This document shows positions 35,961-48,330 of a stretch of 64,000 bases of DNA, one piece after another. Position 1 is the first letter of the stretch; each line of letters begins with the position of its first letter. The notes under the pieces were generated by a model. The model did no database searches. It was not told the DNA's origin and worked only from the letters and a program-made list of their open reading frames with translations. A program made the translations under genes and the position numbers. This DNA is from Vicugna vicugna (Eukaryota), in contig MU059662.1 in assembly GCA_013265495.1 (NCBI GenBank), positions 1,302,001 to 1,366,000 on the forward strand. The letters run 5' to 3'.

Positions 35961-36719
35961 AAGAATTAAAGATAGGTTTGGAGTTGAGCTGGAAGGAGGG
36001 GGCATTTCCTGGGCTGAGGAGAACTGGGGACTCCCATGTGGTTAGGGAGGAGACATGGAGGACATTCTCTTCCAAAAGTACAACCCAAAGGGGATTCCCA
36101 CACTCTGCAAGGCCCAGAACAGCATGTGCCCCTGCCCCTGGTCCCCACCTGAGAGGCAGGTATCTATTCTTACCCCATGGACACATTCTCCCAGACCCCA
36201 GCTCTCCCGTGAATTCTGAGCAAGTTGCGTCCCTTCTTGAAGATGGACGGCACTTTACAAACTCCATATGCTCAGTTTTCTTTTATTATTTTAATTTCTA
36301 AATACTTGGGAAGGTTTCCAGCATTGGCTTCTGCTGTGATTCTCGTGCCAACCAACACACTTTGCTCTCCCCCCCGCCCCCCATCCCTTCCTTCTTCCAA
36401 CTGGGAGGGAAATTCAGCCGGCACGTGGGTGCCTCGTGGGTCTGGTCAAAGATGAAACTGACCCCAGAGGCTGTCGGGAGCGGCAGGCAGGGCCTGGCCT
36501 GGTGGGCGGGAGCCCAGGGTCTCGCTCAAGTTGGGGGTTTCTAGAGATGCTTTCAAAGGGACCCTGGCATCAGATGAGAACCGCAGGCTTCCTCACATCA
36601 CCCAGTCCACTCAGTCACGGGCCATCCTCCCTGGCCTCTCCCCTTCCCGAGTCCACAGGGCCTGACATCCCCCCTCCTCTGGTGCTAAATTCCCCCGCAC
36701 CCACCTCCTCTAACAGCTG

Positions 36720-37040
36720 GGCTTTCTATGTTGCAGGCAAATCCAAGGAATTTTGCTCTTCCCTCTGCCTGGAAGGCTGCCCCCACTGAATCCCTGCAAA
36801 GCTCACTCCTTCTCACTGCAATGTCACGTCTTCTGCAAAGCCTTCCCTGGACACCTAATCTGAGCTGGCTCCCCTCATCATCGTCATGGTCCTCAAGATT
36901 CGATGAAATCGCATGCAGTGATTTGATGACATGTTCCCATGGGAGCAAGACCTTATCCGTCTGTTTGGTTTTCAGCTGTACCTCCAGTGTCTGCAACAGT
37001 GCCTGGCATGGAGCAATAAATACTTGTTGAATGAATGAGT
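36720..37040 (+). mobile_element. L2 3' end
   Basis: caacagtgcctggcatggagcaataaatacttgttgaatgaatga. Confidence 0.75.
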
Positions 37041-37799
37041 GGGTTTCCTGCCATCTCCTCCTCCTGCTGGCTCCCATTTGTGGAAGGGAGTTGGGTGTTC
37101 TGGGCAACTCAGAGTTAGGTAGATGGAGGACCAGGACAACGTTTGTCGACTGACCAGACGTGCCAAGAGCAGTATAAGTGACCTCATTCAATGTGTTCCC
37201 CTCATTCTACACACAAGAAAACGAAAGCTCAAAAGAATAAAAGAACCCGCCCAGAAGCAGATAGCTCACCGTGGGGGAGCTGTGATTGGGGTTCTCGGCT
37301 TTGCTGCCCACCATGCTGCAGATGGACCACAGACAGATGACCAATTTCCAACGACGTGGAATAGTAAAGTGCACTTAACACCCCTATGATTATTGACTAA
37401 AGTCAATGACACTTTGATGACTAGAAGGGGATGATTTCAGAGCCCCGCGGGGCCCCGTCCTGCTGGGTCCTGATCTCATGCGTGGTGCCACACCTGTGCA
37501 CGGCGTGGGGCCACGTAAAGCTTCAGGAACCCTAGGGGCTGCTGGCCAGGCTACCCCTCTCAACTCTGCAGATCATCCTTTGCTTTTTTATACCAAAGAA
37601 AGAAGGACAGTGTATTGATGCGGGCTTTCCTGTGGCATGCCACCATGACCAGCTACCAGCGGGAGTCTCCAAACCCAGCCTCACCCAGGACGGGACAGCA
37701 ACACGATTGGGTCCTTCTGTTTCTCCTGCCTGCAGTGCCCCTTCCCACGGCATCTGTGAAGCATCAGCCTCACCTCTTCCAAGACTGCACTGACTGCCA

Positions 37800-38020
37800 G
37801 GTTTTCAGTGAAGCTTAACCTGACAGGTGTACAGGCGCCAGCGCTCCCTTCCCTGCTTTGAATCCATGCAAACCGCCCACCACCATCTAACACACCACAC
37901 ATTCTATCCACTTTGCTCCATTAGACTGTAAGCTCCATGAGGGCAGGGGTTTTGCCAGCTTGGTTCCCTGTGGTGTTCCCAGCACCTGGCACCTGGTAGG
38001 TAGGTAGTCTGTGTTTGTGC
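37800..38020 (+). mobile_element. L2 3' end
   Basis: ttagactgtaagctccatgagggcagggg...cccagcacctggcacctggtaggt. Confidence 0.7.
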
Positions 38021-39159
38021 AATGAGTTTTTCCCCAACTTTGGTCGCTCACATCCCACCTTCACAATTTTTGGTCATATCTGTGTCCTCCTTGTGCTATC
38101 TCATATTTTCCTTTTAACAGCTCTCTGTAAAAAAAAAAAAAAACTTAAAGAAGTGAAATGTAAGGAAACTTTTTTATCACTCCCATAAATGGAAAGCCAA
38201 TATCACTTGCCATAAATAGAAGACAACTGTTAAAATAAATGCCACGAAAACAAAACAGCGTGAGGAAATTTGAGCAAGAGCCTGTTGCCTGCAGAAGGCA
38301 ATAGGAGGATGCCTGCTCTCTCCCTCTCTGCTGAAAGGAGGGGTCGCGGGTGCTGGGAGCTGTTAGAGACAGGACGGAGACTGTGTCCTTGACAGAGGGT
38401 CTAGAGAGACCTGCATAGGGAGCAGCTTTCTCACCATCTGAGCCAGACAGTGTGACTTGACTCCATTCTCGGCTCCTCCTAAAATCCAGCCCCTGCCACA
38501 GTCCTCGTCCCATGCTTCAGGGAACACAGAATCTGGACAGCTCAGTGGGGCTCGGTATGGAGGGACTGCTCCCCAAACGCACCTGGCATTTGGGACCACG
38601 TTAGCCCTTAAGGTGTCTTTATGGGGATTGGGAAAAGGCGTTCTCTCTGGGTGGAGGCGGCACTGTGCCTTTGTGGGCAGGGAAGGATCCCCTATCCTCT
38701 GGGATCTGCCTTCCTGCAGACTCCTCCTGCTGGCTTCAGGGCCAACCAGTCCGTTGCTCTGTCTTAGCACTTCTCCTGGTCCTACTGGCGTCAGGCAAGA
38801 TTTGTCTGAGCCTGTCTTCCTCTCCTGACAGGGAGCTCCCCACTGTAGGGACCGCCCTGTTCGTGTGTGCATCTTCCATCACTTGGCAGAATGTCCCGCC
38901 TATGACTGGCTTTCAGGAAACATTTGTGGACTTGAATGGAGTCAGTGATTAATCAAACTCCAAAGAGCCAATATTTCCTCTTGTCCAGACAAATAATATC
39001 AAAAGAATCATCTACTCTCTCAGTTCTGGCTTTTTTCTGAACTTCCCTCAGGACCAGGTGGGTGGATGGAGATTCCAATCTCCTGTATCTTTTGGAAGAA
39101 TTTTGTTTTCCTGACACCTGAGCTCTCCTTCCTGATCTTCTCTGTCTGGTCCCGGCGGA

Positions 39160-39620
39160 AGGAAGTTTCAGTTAGGATGCTTTGTGTTGCAAGTGACAGG
39201 AAAACTTGGGTCTAATGGTCACATCGTAGAGGAGTTAATTGAGTTTTAAAGTCTGGAGGTAGTGTTAGCATCAGGTGAGGCTTGATCCAGCAGCTCCAAA
39301 GATGTCACCAGAAGCCTTGCTTCTCTCCATCTTTCTTATTTGATTTCCCTGTTGTAAGCTTCACCCTCAGTCTCCGCATGGAGCTTCTCCCCACACCCCA
39401 CCTTGGGCAGCTCCTGCATATCCATTCCTGGTAGCAGAATGGCTGCCACCATCCTAATCTTATACCATATCCTTCAGGGGGACAATGAAGATCTTTTCCA
39501 GGCTTCCATTTAAGACAAGGAAGGTCTTGCTTTCCCAGAAGCTCTAGGAATAGTCTCATGTCCCATTGACTCTGATTGGGTGCCTGAACCACCTCTGGAC
39601 CAATAGACACAGCCAGGAGG
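39160..39620. mobile_element. Old MLT1-type LTR
   Basis: gtttcagttaggatgctttgtgttgcaagtgacagga...tctgattgggtgcctgaaccacctctggaccaat. Confidence 0.55.
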
Positions 39621-42395
39621 AGGGGATATGCTGAGTGGCCAATCAGGTTCTGCTCCTGAAGGTGGGCAGGGAATCAGCTCACCAGTCACAGGCTGAGCTA
39701 TGGATGGGGTGTTCCCAGGGTGGGCTGAGAGGATTGTTTCCAGAAGGAAGAAGCAATGGGTACTGGGGGCAAATCACAGAGGTCCTGAAGGGTGGGGGAA
39801 GTGAGCCGAGTGAGCCAGCCACCGTGGGGCTTGTTGAACTTGTTTTTAATAGCTTCTCTTTCTCCCCAGGATGTGGGACCATAGGCTGAGGCTGACCCCT
39901 GAATCCAGGTGCTGGGCCCACAAAAAACACAAGTAAAGCACGTGGACCCTACCCCTATTCCCCCCACAAAGACAAAGAAGGTTAGGATTGGAGCAACCAT
40001 CAGCTCAGAGGTCTTAATCTAGGATTGGCAGACAGATTTCGGGAGGTACAGAAACCTCTGAAACCACTTGCCAAATCTGTGGGGTCTCATGTGTGCACTT
40101 TTCTGGGCAGAGGATCCACAACTTAATGAAGTCTCAAAGCAGTCTGCAACCTGAAAGAGGTTCACCGGGAGGGACAGTGGTGTTCAAGTCTGAACAAGAG
40201 CTGGAGGCAGAATCAAGAAGAGAACCTTGGTCGGCCAGCGTCCTGCCCCTACGTATCACTGCCATGTTCTCGTGTGCACGGCAGTCCACATGCCGCATCT
40301 CATTTAATTTAGTCCTCTGCACGTGCCCTAGGAAGTAGCTGCTGTCCCTATTTTGCGGGTGACAGAACCCACGATTTGCTCAAGGTTACAAGTGGTGTAG
40401 TGGGTTCAAGCCCCGGTCCGACTCCACAGAGCCTTTTTTCACAGGACACCAAGCTGCCTCCCTTTATTTTACCTCCGTTAGTCTTTAGAGCCACCCAGTG
40501 AGATCAGGTGATGGGAACCCAAACTCAGGGGGTGAAGTCATTTGGCTCAGGGAACACAGCAGTGGCAGGGTCGGGACTTGAACCCAGGTCTGTCTGAGGT
40601 CATAGCTGGTGCATTTCCCCCCACCTGGCTCACTGTCAGCTCACTGTTTAGCTGAGGCACCAGGGACAGATGCCAGGCTGGCCTGACCATCATTTAATTT
40701 AGAATTTTTCCTTGTAAGCTTGTCAGGGAGATACCAGGGACCATGGCCTGGTTGGGGACAGCCTGGCCTGGCCTTAGTGTTCCTCCTACACCCCACCCCT
40801 CCCCAGCCTGTTGGTCTCATCGAGCACAGAGGTCACTGGCCCCACTGCCCGCTGCAGGGCCCGGCCACCCATGGGCTCCTGCACAGGGGTAGGGGGTGTG
40901 GGGGCTTTCTGCTCCAATACACAAAGCTACCACCGCCACACACTGCTCTGAACGGCTCCAAAAGCCATAAAGCAGCTGAGAAAAAATGATGCCGGGAGAG
41001 GAAACGAGCCACGGAGGAAATTAACTCGCACCCAGGGAACCGCGCGGCTTTCTGCTGACAGAGAGGGCCGGCTACCTCATAAAACTAAACACTTAAACTC
41101 TCCTCTTTACAATAATTACAGCACCTTGAATGCCTCTTTCCCCTGCCCTGGCTGGCCCAGGCCGGCTCTGCGCGGGGTACCAAGGGGAGAAGTGTTGAAG
41201 TGAGGGTGGCTGCCGGAGCAGGGGCCCCCACAGCAGGAGGACCGGCCAGAGAGCTGGAGAAAATGAGAGCTGACCGGGGGCTTGGGGACTGACTATTTCA
41301 ACCCTGTCATTTGAGAGATGAGGAAACTAGAGGCCCAGAGAGGGTTTGTGACTAAGTGAAGGTCACCCAGCCGGTTATAGGTGGAACGGACTAAAAGCGG
41401 GTCCTCTCCCTGATGGGCAGTGAAAGCAGTTTCCACTGAATCACTGCCCTAATTCCACAAACACTTCCACAGAAGCCGGGCCATGAGCCAGACTCTGTGC
41501 CAGAGCCCAGGGGAAACACCACGGGGCTGTCTTGGCCCCCAGTTAGAACGTGAGCTCCTGAACACCAGGGGCACATCGGTCCCCTTTACATCGTGTTCTG
41601 GCCCCCGGAGCAAGGCCAGACTCACAGAAAGCCACTTGGGGATACTTTCAGAGCAGCAGCCCTGAATCCCTGCGAAAAGACCAGTCTCCTCACCCCCTGG
41701 CCACTGAGGCAACCCCAGGAAGAGGCGGTAACGAACTAGAGGCTTGGCAGAAGCAAGAAGCCCCAGGAGCCACGGCGTGCCTACCAACAGGCGGGTGTCA
41801 GACTCCAGGCTGAGAGCGCAGGGCTTCCCCTTCCCAGCTGCACCCAACTGCTCTCTGGGCCTTTGACCCCAGCTTCTCTCTCCTCCAGTCTGCCTTCAGC
41901 ATTGCCTATCAGCTCTGCTGGGGAGGACTCCTACCATCTGTGACCCTCCACCTGCTCCCCAGCCCCCTCCACTCATCGTCCATTCCTCACTTGCACTCCT
42001 CCCCCAGCAACAGCCTTCCTCTCCTGCTTGGCACGAGGCTGCCTTCTGTACTTCAAGCGCTCCCCCCCCAACCCTCCTCTCCGAGTGAGGGACAGCTGTT
42101 GTTTTTTCCTGCAAGCATCATCCCCCTCTGTGGGACCACCCCTCCCCCTCGTTCAGTCCTGGAGGTTTGAAAGAATCTGATCACTTGGGAGGGGTGGGAG
42201 TGGCTCATGCCCCAGGCTTGGCCAGTCAGCGTATCTCATCACCCTGGAGATGGAGGGTAGTTTGGAGATGGACAGGGAACCCGACGTCTAATCCAGATGA
42301 ATCCTGGGATTGTGGCGACCGGTCCCTTCTTTTTGCTGGGACTACTGAGCTGACAGTGTAAGCCTGATGCTGCAGAGGACTTGAGAATAAAGCCA

Positions 42396-42473
42396 ATAAA
42401 ATAAATGAATCACTAGGCTGTACAACAAAAATTAACACAACATTGTAAATCGACTATACTTCAGTTTTTTAAA
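42396..42473 (+). mobile_element. Very short lineage-specific L1 3' terminal fragment
   Basis: gaatcactaggctgtacaac...aacattgtaaatcgactatacttca is the reverse complement of the motif family at 58560-58620. Flanked by aaagccaa at 42389-42396 and 42474-42481. Confidence 0.7.
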
Positions 42474-44994
42474 AAAGCCAACACAGAGGAGAGAGACCTG
42501 AAATGGGGAGTTAGAGCTTCCAGACGACTTGTTGAGCACCTGGATCCAACTGTGCCTGAAGTTATCTGAGCCAGGAAATCATATTATTTATAATAATATT
42601 AATAATTATTCTATTCTACATAATTATATAGTTATGTGATTAATTATATTATTATGTAGTAATTATAATTGTTATTATGAGGATTTTTACTTTGTGAATA
42701 ATAATTTTACTATTACTGTTTTGTTTCAGCCAGTCTGAATTTAGTTTCTGTCACTTACAACCAAAAGATTCTAAGTAATGTGGCAAGATCTCTGTTTAGG
42801 GACCCAGCTAAGTGTGTAATGGCCTCGCCCCAGTTTCTTCCCATGGAGTAGCCTCAGGACCTGCCTGAGTCCGACCTCTCAGCTCTGTGATTCACTCCCT
42901 CTACAAGGAACGACTCTGCTGCTCATCACTCTGGGAACAACGTTAAGCAGAAGGGGCCGGCTGTTCCTGCCCAGGCCTCTGAAGGTCCATATCATGGCTT
43001 TTCCCCAGACCCTGGCTCCCAAGAAGGTGAGCAAGAATCCAGCCAATGTAACAAGGTCCAGAGTTTTATATTTATTGCGGTGAATCATCACACATGCAGA
43101 TTTGTTAACATATACCCTTTTGTATTAGAAGGCACGTTGGGCTATTGAAAATGAAGAAGGAAATAAGAAACGCATCTACGGTGGCCCCTGCTCTACCGGC
43201 GAGCCCAGCATCCACGCTCCACCTCACTCGCTGTGCCCAGATACTTTCTCTCTGGACCTCTCAGGGAATGGGCACAGGGAACAGGCACCTGGCCAAGGCT
43301 CGCCCACCCAGAGCCTGCCGTCCCTGACGCATGGCCCTGGACAAGCCAAGGGGATTCCACTCTATGGAAAATAAAGTCCTCTCTTTCCTCTGGGGTACTG
43401 GGCCTGTAGAATATAAATCTGGAACTGCTGGGGACCACCGTGTAGAAAGAAGCTGCCAAAGAATGAAGCCAGTGCAGAGGGACCAGCCCTGGGTGGGGGA
43501 GAGGGGGCAGAGTCTCGATGACAGGGTTTTACACTTAGGTCCAGCCACGCCTGATGCTGCTTGGATTTCTCGGTTTGCTTATTTTCTTGAGCCAATTTGA
43601 GTTAGGTTCCTGATTCTCACAAGCAAAAAAGTACTGACTAATATAGAAAAGGATTCCAAATAAGTCACTTTAAGGAAATAATGATGACATTTTACATGAT
43701 GCCAAAGTTATATATGACTCTTTCACAGTAAGACACGAAGGAGTAACGCGCTATGAGAGCAGACCGGCCCCTCTGTGCAGGCCAGGCTCTCAGCAGCCAG
43801 GTGAACAGAATGGTGCGTTACTCTTGCTCCTTTGGTGTTGTGTCGTGACTCCCGAGGGACAGGATGGCTTCCACCAGCCTCACCTATCGGGAGGCCCTGT
43901 GTCACCCTGTTGACCACCTCAGGGTTTCCCTCCTTTTCCTGTTAGAGGGAAATACAGGAGGTACCATTAGTTAGCAGGAGCCTGAGGGCTGGCCACCCAA
44001 CCCACCTCCAGGCTCAGAGGGGAAGACGGTGGGAGCTCCGGGCTGAGTCACGTCCCCCAGGAGCGCTGCTCCCAGGCCTCCCGGTACAGCTGTGCAAGTG
44101 GTGGTCTGCACACCTGTAGGGAGCGCCAGCCCTAGACCATGATGGGAGGGGCTCCCCAACCCGATCCCACAACGTGGGGCCCTGCCTGTTTCCAGCCCGC
44201 TCCTGAAAACTAGCTTGGCAAAGAATTTCAGCCGGAAGACATATTACCCAGGAAAAGAATTGCTCTCAGAGCCCCGTTGTTAATGATTTGCTTCTGAAGT
44301 TTTGTTTACCTCTACTTCCCCTCTTCGCACAAAGAAAACAAGACACAGATGGCTTTGTGAAAGTCTCCAGAGGAATTTGCCAAAGACCTTTAGCCTCCTA
44401 AGTTTTCTCTCTCTCTCTCTTCCGCTCCCTCCCTCAAGCCTGCATCGTTTGGACTGTGTGTCACTCCCCTACTCAGAAACCCTCACGACAGCCCACTGCC
44501 AGTTGAACTGAATCCAAGTTTTTGCGCTGATTCTAAACGCCTTCTGGGCCACGCTCCCCACGTACCTTTCCAGGGGCAGGTCTTACTATTCCAGGCACCC
44601 TGGCTGCCTGCTGCCCCAGAGCACAGCCGATGGTTGCCTGCTGAGCCCCTGCTCCTCTGACCCTGGATGGCCCCCGGGGGCCTAAGAGCCACCCTTTATC
44701 GTGTCCCCACACGTGCTGGCCGCCTGACTCCCTGATCGGCCTGGGAGCTGTACACATCACCACCTGTGTGTCCCAGGACAGGTGAGCAAGCTCTGAGGGG
44801 TCAGCAGAGCCACATAATTGTGGAAGGAGCGGAGAATCCCAGCCTCGGTGTCTGGCTCGAGCCCAGACCCCTTTCCCAGTTCCAGGATCCCTGTAGGGAC
44901 ACTGCAAATGCCACACCCAGTGCCTTCCTTCCTGAAGCACTCCCTCAACCTCCCCACCGACATCGGTTGGCATCTTTTTTGATGGTCACATCCC

Positions 44995-45800
44995 ATGATA
45001 TCAGGCAGGTTTCTTGCAGGAGAGAGAAGGCCATTCAGCTGCGACTGTGGAGAATTTAAAGAGGATTCATTCAAGGCGGTGCAGGCAGGGTTATAAGGGA
45101 CACCACGAGGGGAGCAGAAGCACCAGGGACAAGCCCCATGGGAGGGAGCGTGGCTAGAGCTGGGGAGGGCCATGCACAGAAGCCCAGGATGCAGCCAGTG
45201 ACAGAGCTACCGCCCTGGCAGGCGGGGAGGAGGTGAAACCGGAGGAAAGGGGACAGGGCAAAACCACTGAAGGAGTGGCACAGCCACTGAGGACAGGGCC
45301 AACTGGTTAGGACCAAGATGGTGGAAGACTGGACTTCCAGTGGACCTTGAGCCTCAAGGCACACCCACAGGTGCCATGACAGTTCCTAGGCTGACCATAA
45401 AAGTCAAAAAGTGGGTGGGGCCCAGTTCCTGGAAACCCCTGCCCCTTCCCCAAAGTAGCTGGAATAATCCTCCTATTCATTAGCACATGAAATTACCGAG
45501 CTCATAAAACCTAACAACTTCATACCTTGCGGTCGCGCTCTCTCTCGCCTTCTGAGATAGCCCGCACTCTGCCTACGGAGTGTGTCTCTCTCTAAATAAA
45601 CGTGCTTTCACTTTACTATGCCTTGCTCTTGAATTCTTTCCTCTGTGAAGCAAGAACCTATTCTCCAACAACAGAGGGAAGAAATATCCCGGCCTCTCTC
45701 TCCCTTCCACCCTCCAGCTTCCCTTGAGGGCTGCCCACCGGCTGCACCCATCTGTTAGCCAGAGGGCCAGGGAGCCTGGGTGTCCGGTCACTAGCTGGTC
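44995..45800. mobile_element. Older ERVL-type LTR (LTR16-like) hosting the MER41-like insertion
   Basis: The flanks join as ...ggcagg cggggagg|gaagaaatatcccggcctctctctcccttccaccctcc...agccagagggccagggagcc, a typical old ERVL LTR text. Family name uncertain. Confidence 0.45.
45234..45673 (+). mobile_element. MER41-like ERV1 solo LTR
   Basis: TG...CA ends with a 4-bp TSD GAGG (45230-45233 and 45674-45677). MER41-like blocks: accaagatgg, gtgccatgacagtt, cagttcctggaa, gaataatcc, ctctgcctacggagt, aataaacgtgctttcactttact, gaattctttc. AATAAA at 45595-45600. Confidence 0.8.
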
Positions 45801-45870
45801 AGCCTCCCAGACTCAAAGCTGAGAGAGCTGGGCGTGGGGTGGAGCGGAGAGCCTGGGGCGGGAAGGATGC

Positions 45871-46200
45871 TGTATTGGTTTCTGATCGCTGCTGTAACAA
45901 GTCACCACCAACTGGGTGTCTTAGAAAAACAAACTTTTCTCCTCTTACAGTTCCGGATGTCAGAAGTCCAAGGTGAGTCTCACTGGCTAAAATCAAGGTG
46001 CTGGGAGGGCCGCATTCCTTTCTGGGGGCTGTAAGGGAGAATCTGTTTCTCTGCCTTTTCCATCTTCCAGAGGCTGCCTGTGCTCCCTGGCTTGTGGTCC
46101 CTTCCGGCGTCTTCAAAGCTGGAAATGGCCAGTCCAGCCTCAAGTTGCCGTCTCTCTGGTCCTGACTCTTCTGTCTCTCTCTCCCCTCAAGAACCCGTGT
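45871..46200 (-). mobile_element. MLT1 (MaLR) LTR, partial
   Basis: tgtattggtttctgatcgctgctgtaacaa...cttacagttccggatgtcagaagtccaa...ttccagaggctgcc. Confidence 0.75.
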
Positions 46201-46257
46201 GCCTTTCAGTTACCTTTCCCTCCAGCCGTGCTAATGTTTCAGTCCACCCTCCCCGAC

Positions 46258-46693
46258 TGCATTAGTTTCCACGGGCTGCTTAGGAGCAAAGTATCTCAAA
46301 CTGGGTGGCTCAAACAACAGGAATTTATAGTCTCCCAGTCTGGAGGCTGCAAGTCCAAAATCAGGATGTCAGCCGGGCCGGTTCCTTCCAAGGGCTGTGA
46401 GAGCCAGTCGTCCCACGCCCTTCTCCTCCCTTCTGGTGGCCTCGGGCATTTCCGCGGGTGGTCTCCTGCCTGTGTCGTCACACCGACTTCCCTCCGCGTG
46501 TGTCCGTCTGTGTCCAAATTTCTCCTTTTTATACGGACACAGTCATATTAGGATTAAGGCCCATCCTAATGACATTATTACAATGTGATTATCTCTGTAA
46601 TGACCCCGTCCCCAAATAAGGTCACATCACGAGGTACCAGGGGTTAGGACTTCAACATATTTTGGGGGAAGAGATACAATTCAACTCATAACA
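46258..46693 (-). mobile_element. MLT1 (MaLR) solo LTR, full length
   Basis: tgcattagtttcc...acaattcaactcataaca (reverse complement of TGTTATGAGTTGAATTGT). 5-bp TSD ccgac/cccac. Confidence 0.85.
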
Positions 46694-46697
46694 CCCA

Positions 46698-46783
46698 CCT
46701 GTCCCTTCATGGCCTTACATATCCTGTCTGGCTGCACCTGCCTGCCCCTTCATGGCCTTACATATCCTGTCTGGCTGCACCTG
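46698..46783. repeat. 43-bp tandem duplication (2 copies, 1 mismatch)
   Basis: cctg(t/c)cccttcatggccttacatatcctgtctggctgcacctg at 46698-46740 and 46741-46783. Confidence 0.95.
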
Positions 46784-47269
46784 CTGTCAGCAGTCAGGAC
46801 CCAAGTGTTCTTGGCACAGCCAGCTCTGCCTGTTACAAAGATTTCTCAGGTGACAGTATAGAGGATGCCTTTGGAGGAGGTATGGACTCGACCTGGGGGA
46901 CGTGACGCAGCCTGGGCCAGGGCAGAGCCGGAGAGCCTGGGAGGAGGCGGCAGGGTCAAGAGGGAGCTAAGAGGTGAAATTCACCAGCTGGGTGAGAACC
47001 TTGGGGGGGGTGCTGGTGTCAGGTTTCAGGTCTGCGAGGACAAGGAGGCAGTTGGGCCCTTCCTGAAGGATGGGGTAGATCTTGGCAGAGGTTTTGTGCA
47101 GGGTGAACACTGCAGGCTGAGATGGGGGAAGGCAGAACTGTGCGCACAGAATTTCCACTGGAAGAGACCTGGGCCCAGGTTGGCAGAAAGAAGCAGGGAA
47201 CGTTCACCAGACAGGAGGACACAGAGCAGAGGAGGAATGAAGCAGATCAGCCCAGAGGATCGCAGCCTG

Positions 47270-47720
47270 CCAGGCCCCTCAGGATCTTCACAGACCACAC
47301 AGCGTGGGATGGACTGGTTTGTGGGTCCCGATTTTTCACCCTCTCTGTATCACTTTCTCACATGACTTTGCAGTTTCTCCCCGCCACCAGGAGCTGAGTG
47401 TACGCTTTAACTTCGGGTTCAGCCGTATGTCAAGCTTTGACCAATGGAATGTGGGCAGCAGTGCCCATTCCGAGCCCAGGCCTTCACGTTTCCACGTGTC
47501 CTCTTGTGTCTCTGCCATCACCATTTGAGGACATGACCCAGCTACTCCACTGGCTCAAGGAAGACGAGAAATTCACTGAATAGAGCCAGACTCAGCTGGC
47601 CACCTTGTGGAGCTCAGGCTGAATCAGCCAACATCCAGACAACCACGGGTGCACGAGCCACGTACTGCTCATTGCCCTACGCCACTCAGAGTCTATGGCT
47701 GTTTGCTTTGTAGCAACAGC
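47270..47720. mobile_element. Old MLT1-type LTR (MLT1H-like)
   Basis: catgactttgcag...gctttgaccaatggaatgtgggcag...gctcattgccctacgccactcagagtctatggctgtttgctttgtagcaacagctgactgaca. Confidence 0.55.
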
Positions 47721-47889
47721 TGACTGACATGCAGTCAAATCTCGCCATTCTACAGAGGAGGAAACTGAGGCCTCGAGAAGGTAAGAGACCTGTCCAGTGG
47801 TATGCAAATACTAAGTGGCAAAGGCCTCCCCTCCTGATACCTAGCTCAAGGTTCTTTCTTTCTACTCCATGGCAGTGACTGTCACCTAG

Positions 47890-48330
47890 CTTCTGGTTTG
47901 TTCATTCGCTCCTTCAATAAACATGTTACTGGAGATACTAGATGACTTGGGTTTTTTCTTAGTCCTCTGAGAGCTCCGCGTGGTGGTGGTGGGGAGACCG
48001 AACCCAAACACATCACGATAACTGTGATGAGGTGAGGCCACAGAGATGTGCTCAGGTACCAAGAAGAGGTCCTAACCCAGCTAGGGAAAATCAGAGCAGA
48101 CTTCCTGGAGAAGAGGGTGTCAGAGCTGAGTCATTAAAAAGGAGGCAGAATTGACCACACAAAGCCAAGGAGGTAAGGGCTTGGCATGAGCGTGGGCTGG
48201 AGGTGAGACGCAGTCTGGGGCCGTGGCCGAGGGGGTGATGGAGAGCTGTAGCAGGTAAAGAGATGCTCAGTTTCCTTTGAGCTATTCAAGCCATTTCAGG
48301 TGAGGCAGGGAATGGCAGAGGGTAGGGCTG
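47890..48330 (-). mobile_element. L2 relic
   Basis: cattcgctccttcaataaacatgttact...gacttcctggagaagagggtgtcagagctgagtc. Confidence 0.55.

Noticed and set aside
37392-37407. Palindrome ATTGACT-AA-AGTCAAT
   Set aside because: A single 7-bp-arm inverted repeat is expected by chance in 64 kb, and there is no supporting context.
46698-46783. CRISPR-like array
   Set aside because: Two abutting copies with no spacers, in eukaryotic DNA, and no cas genes.
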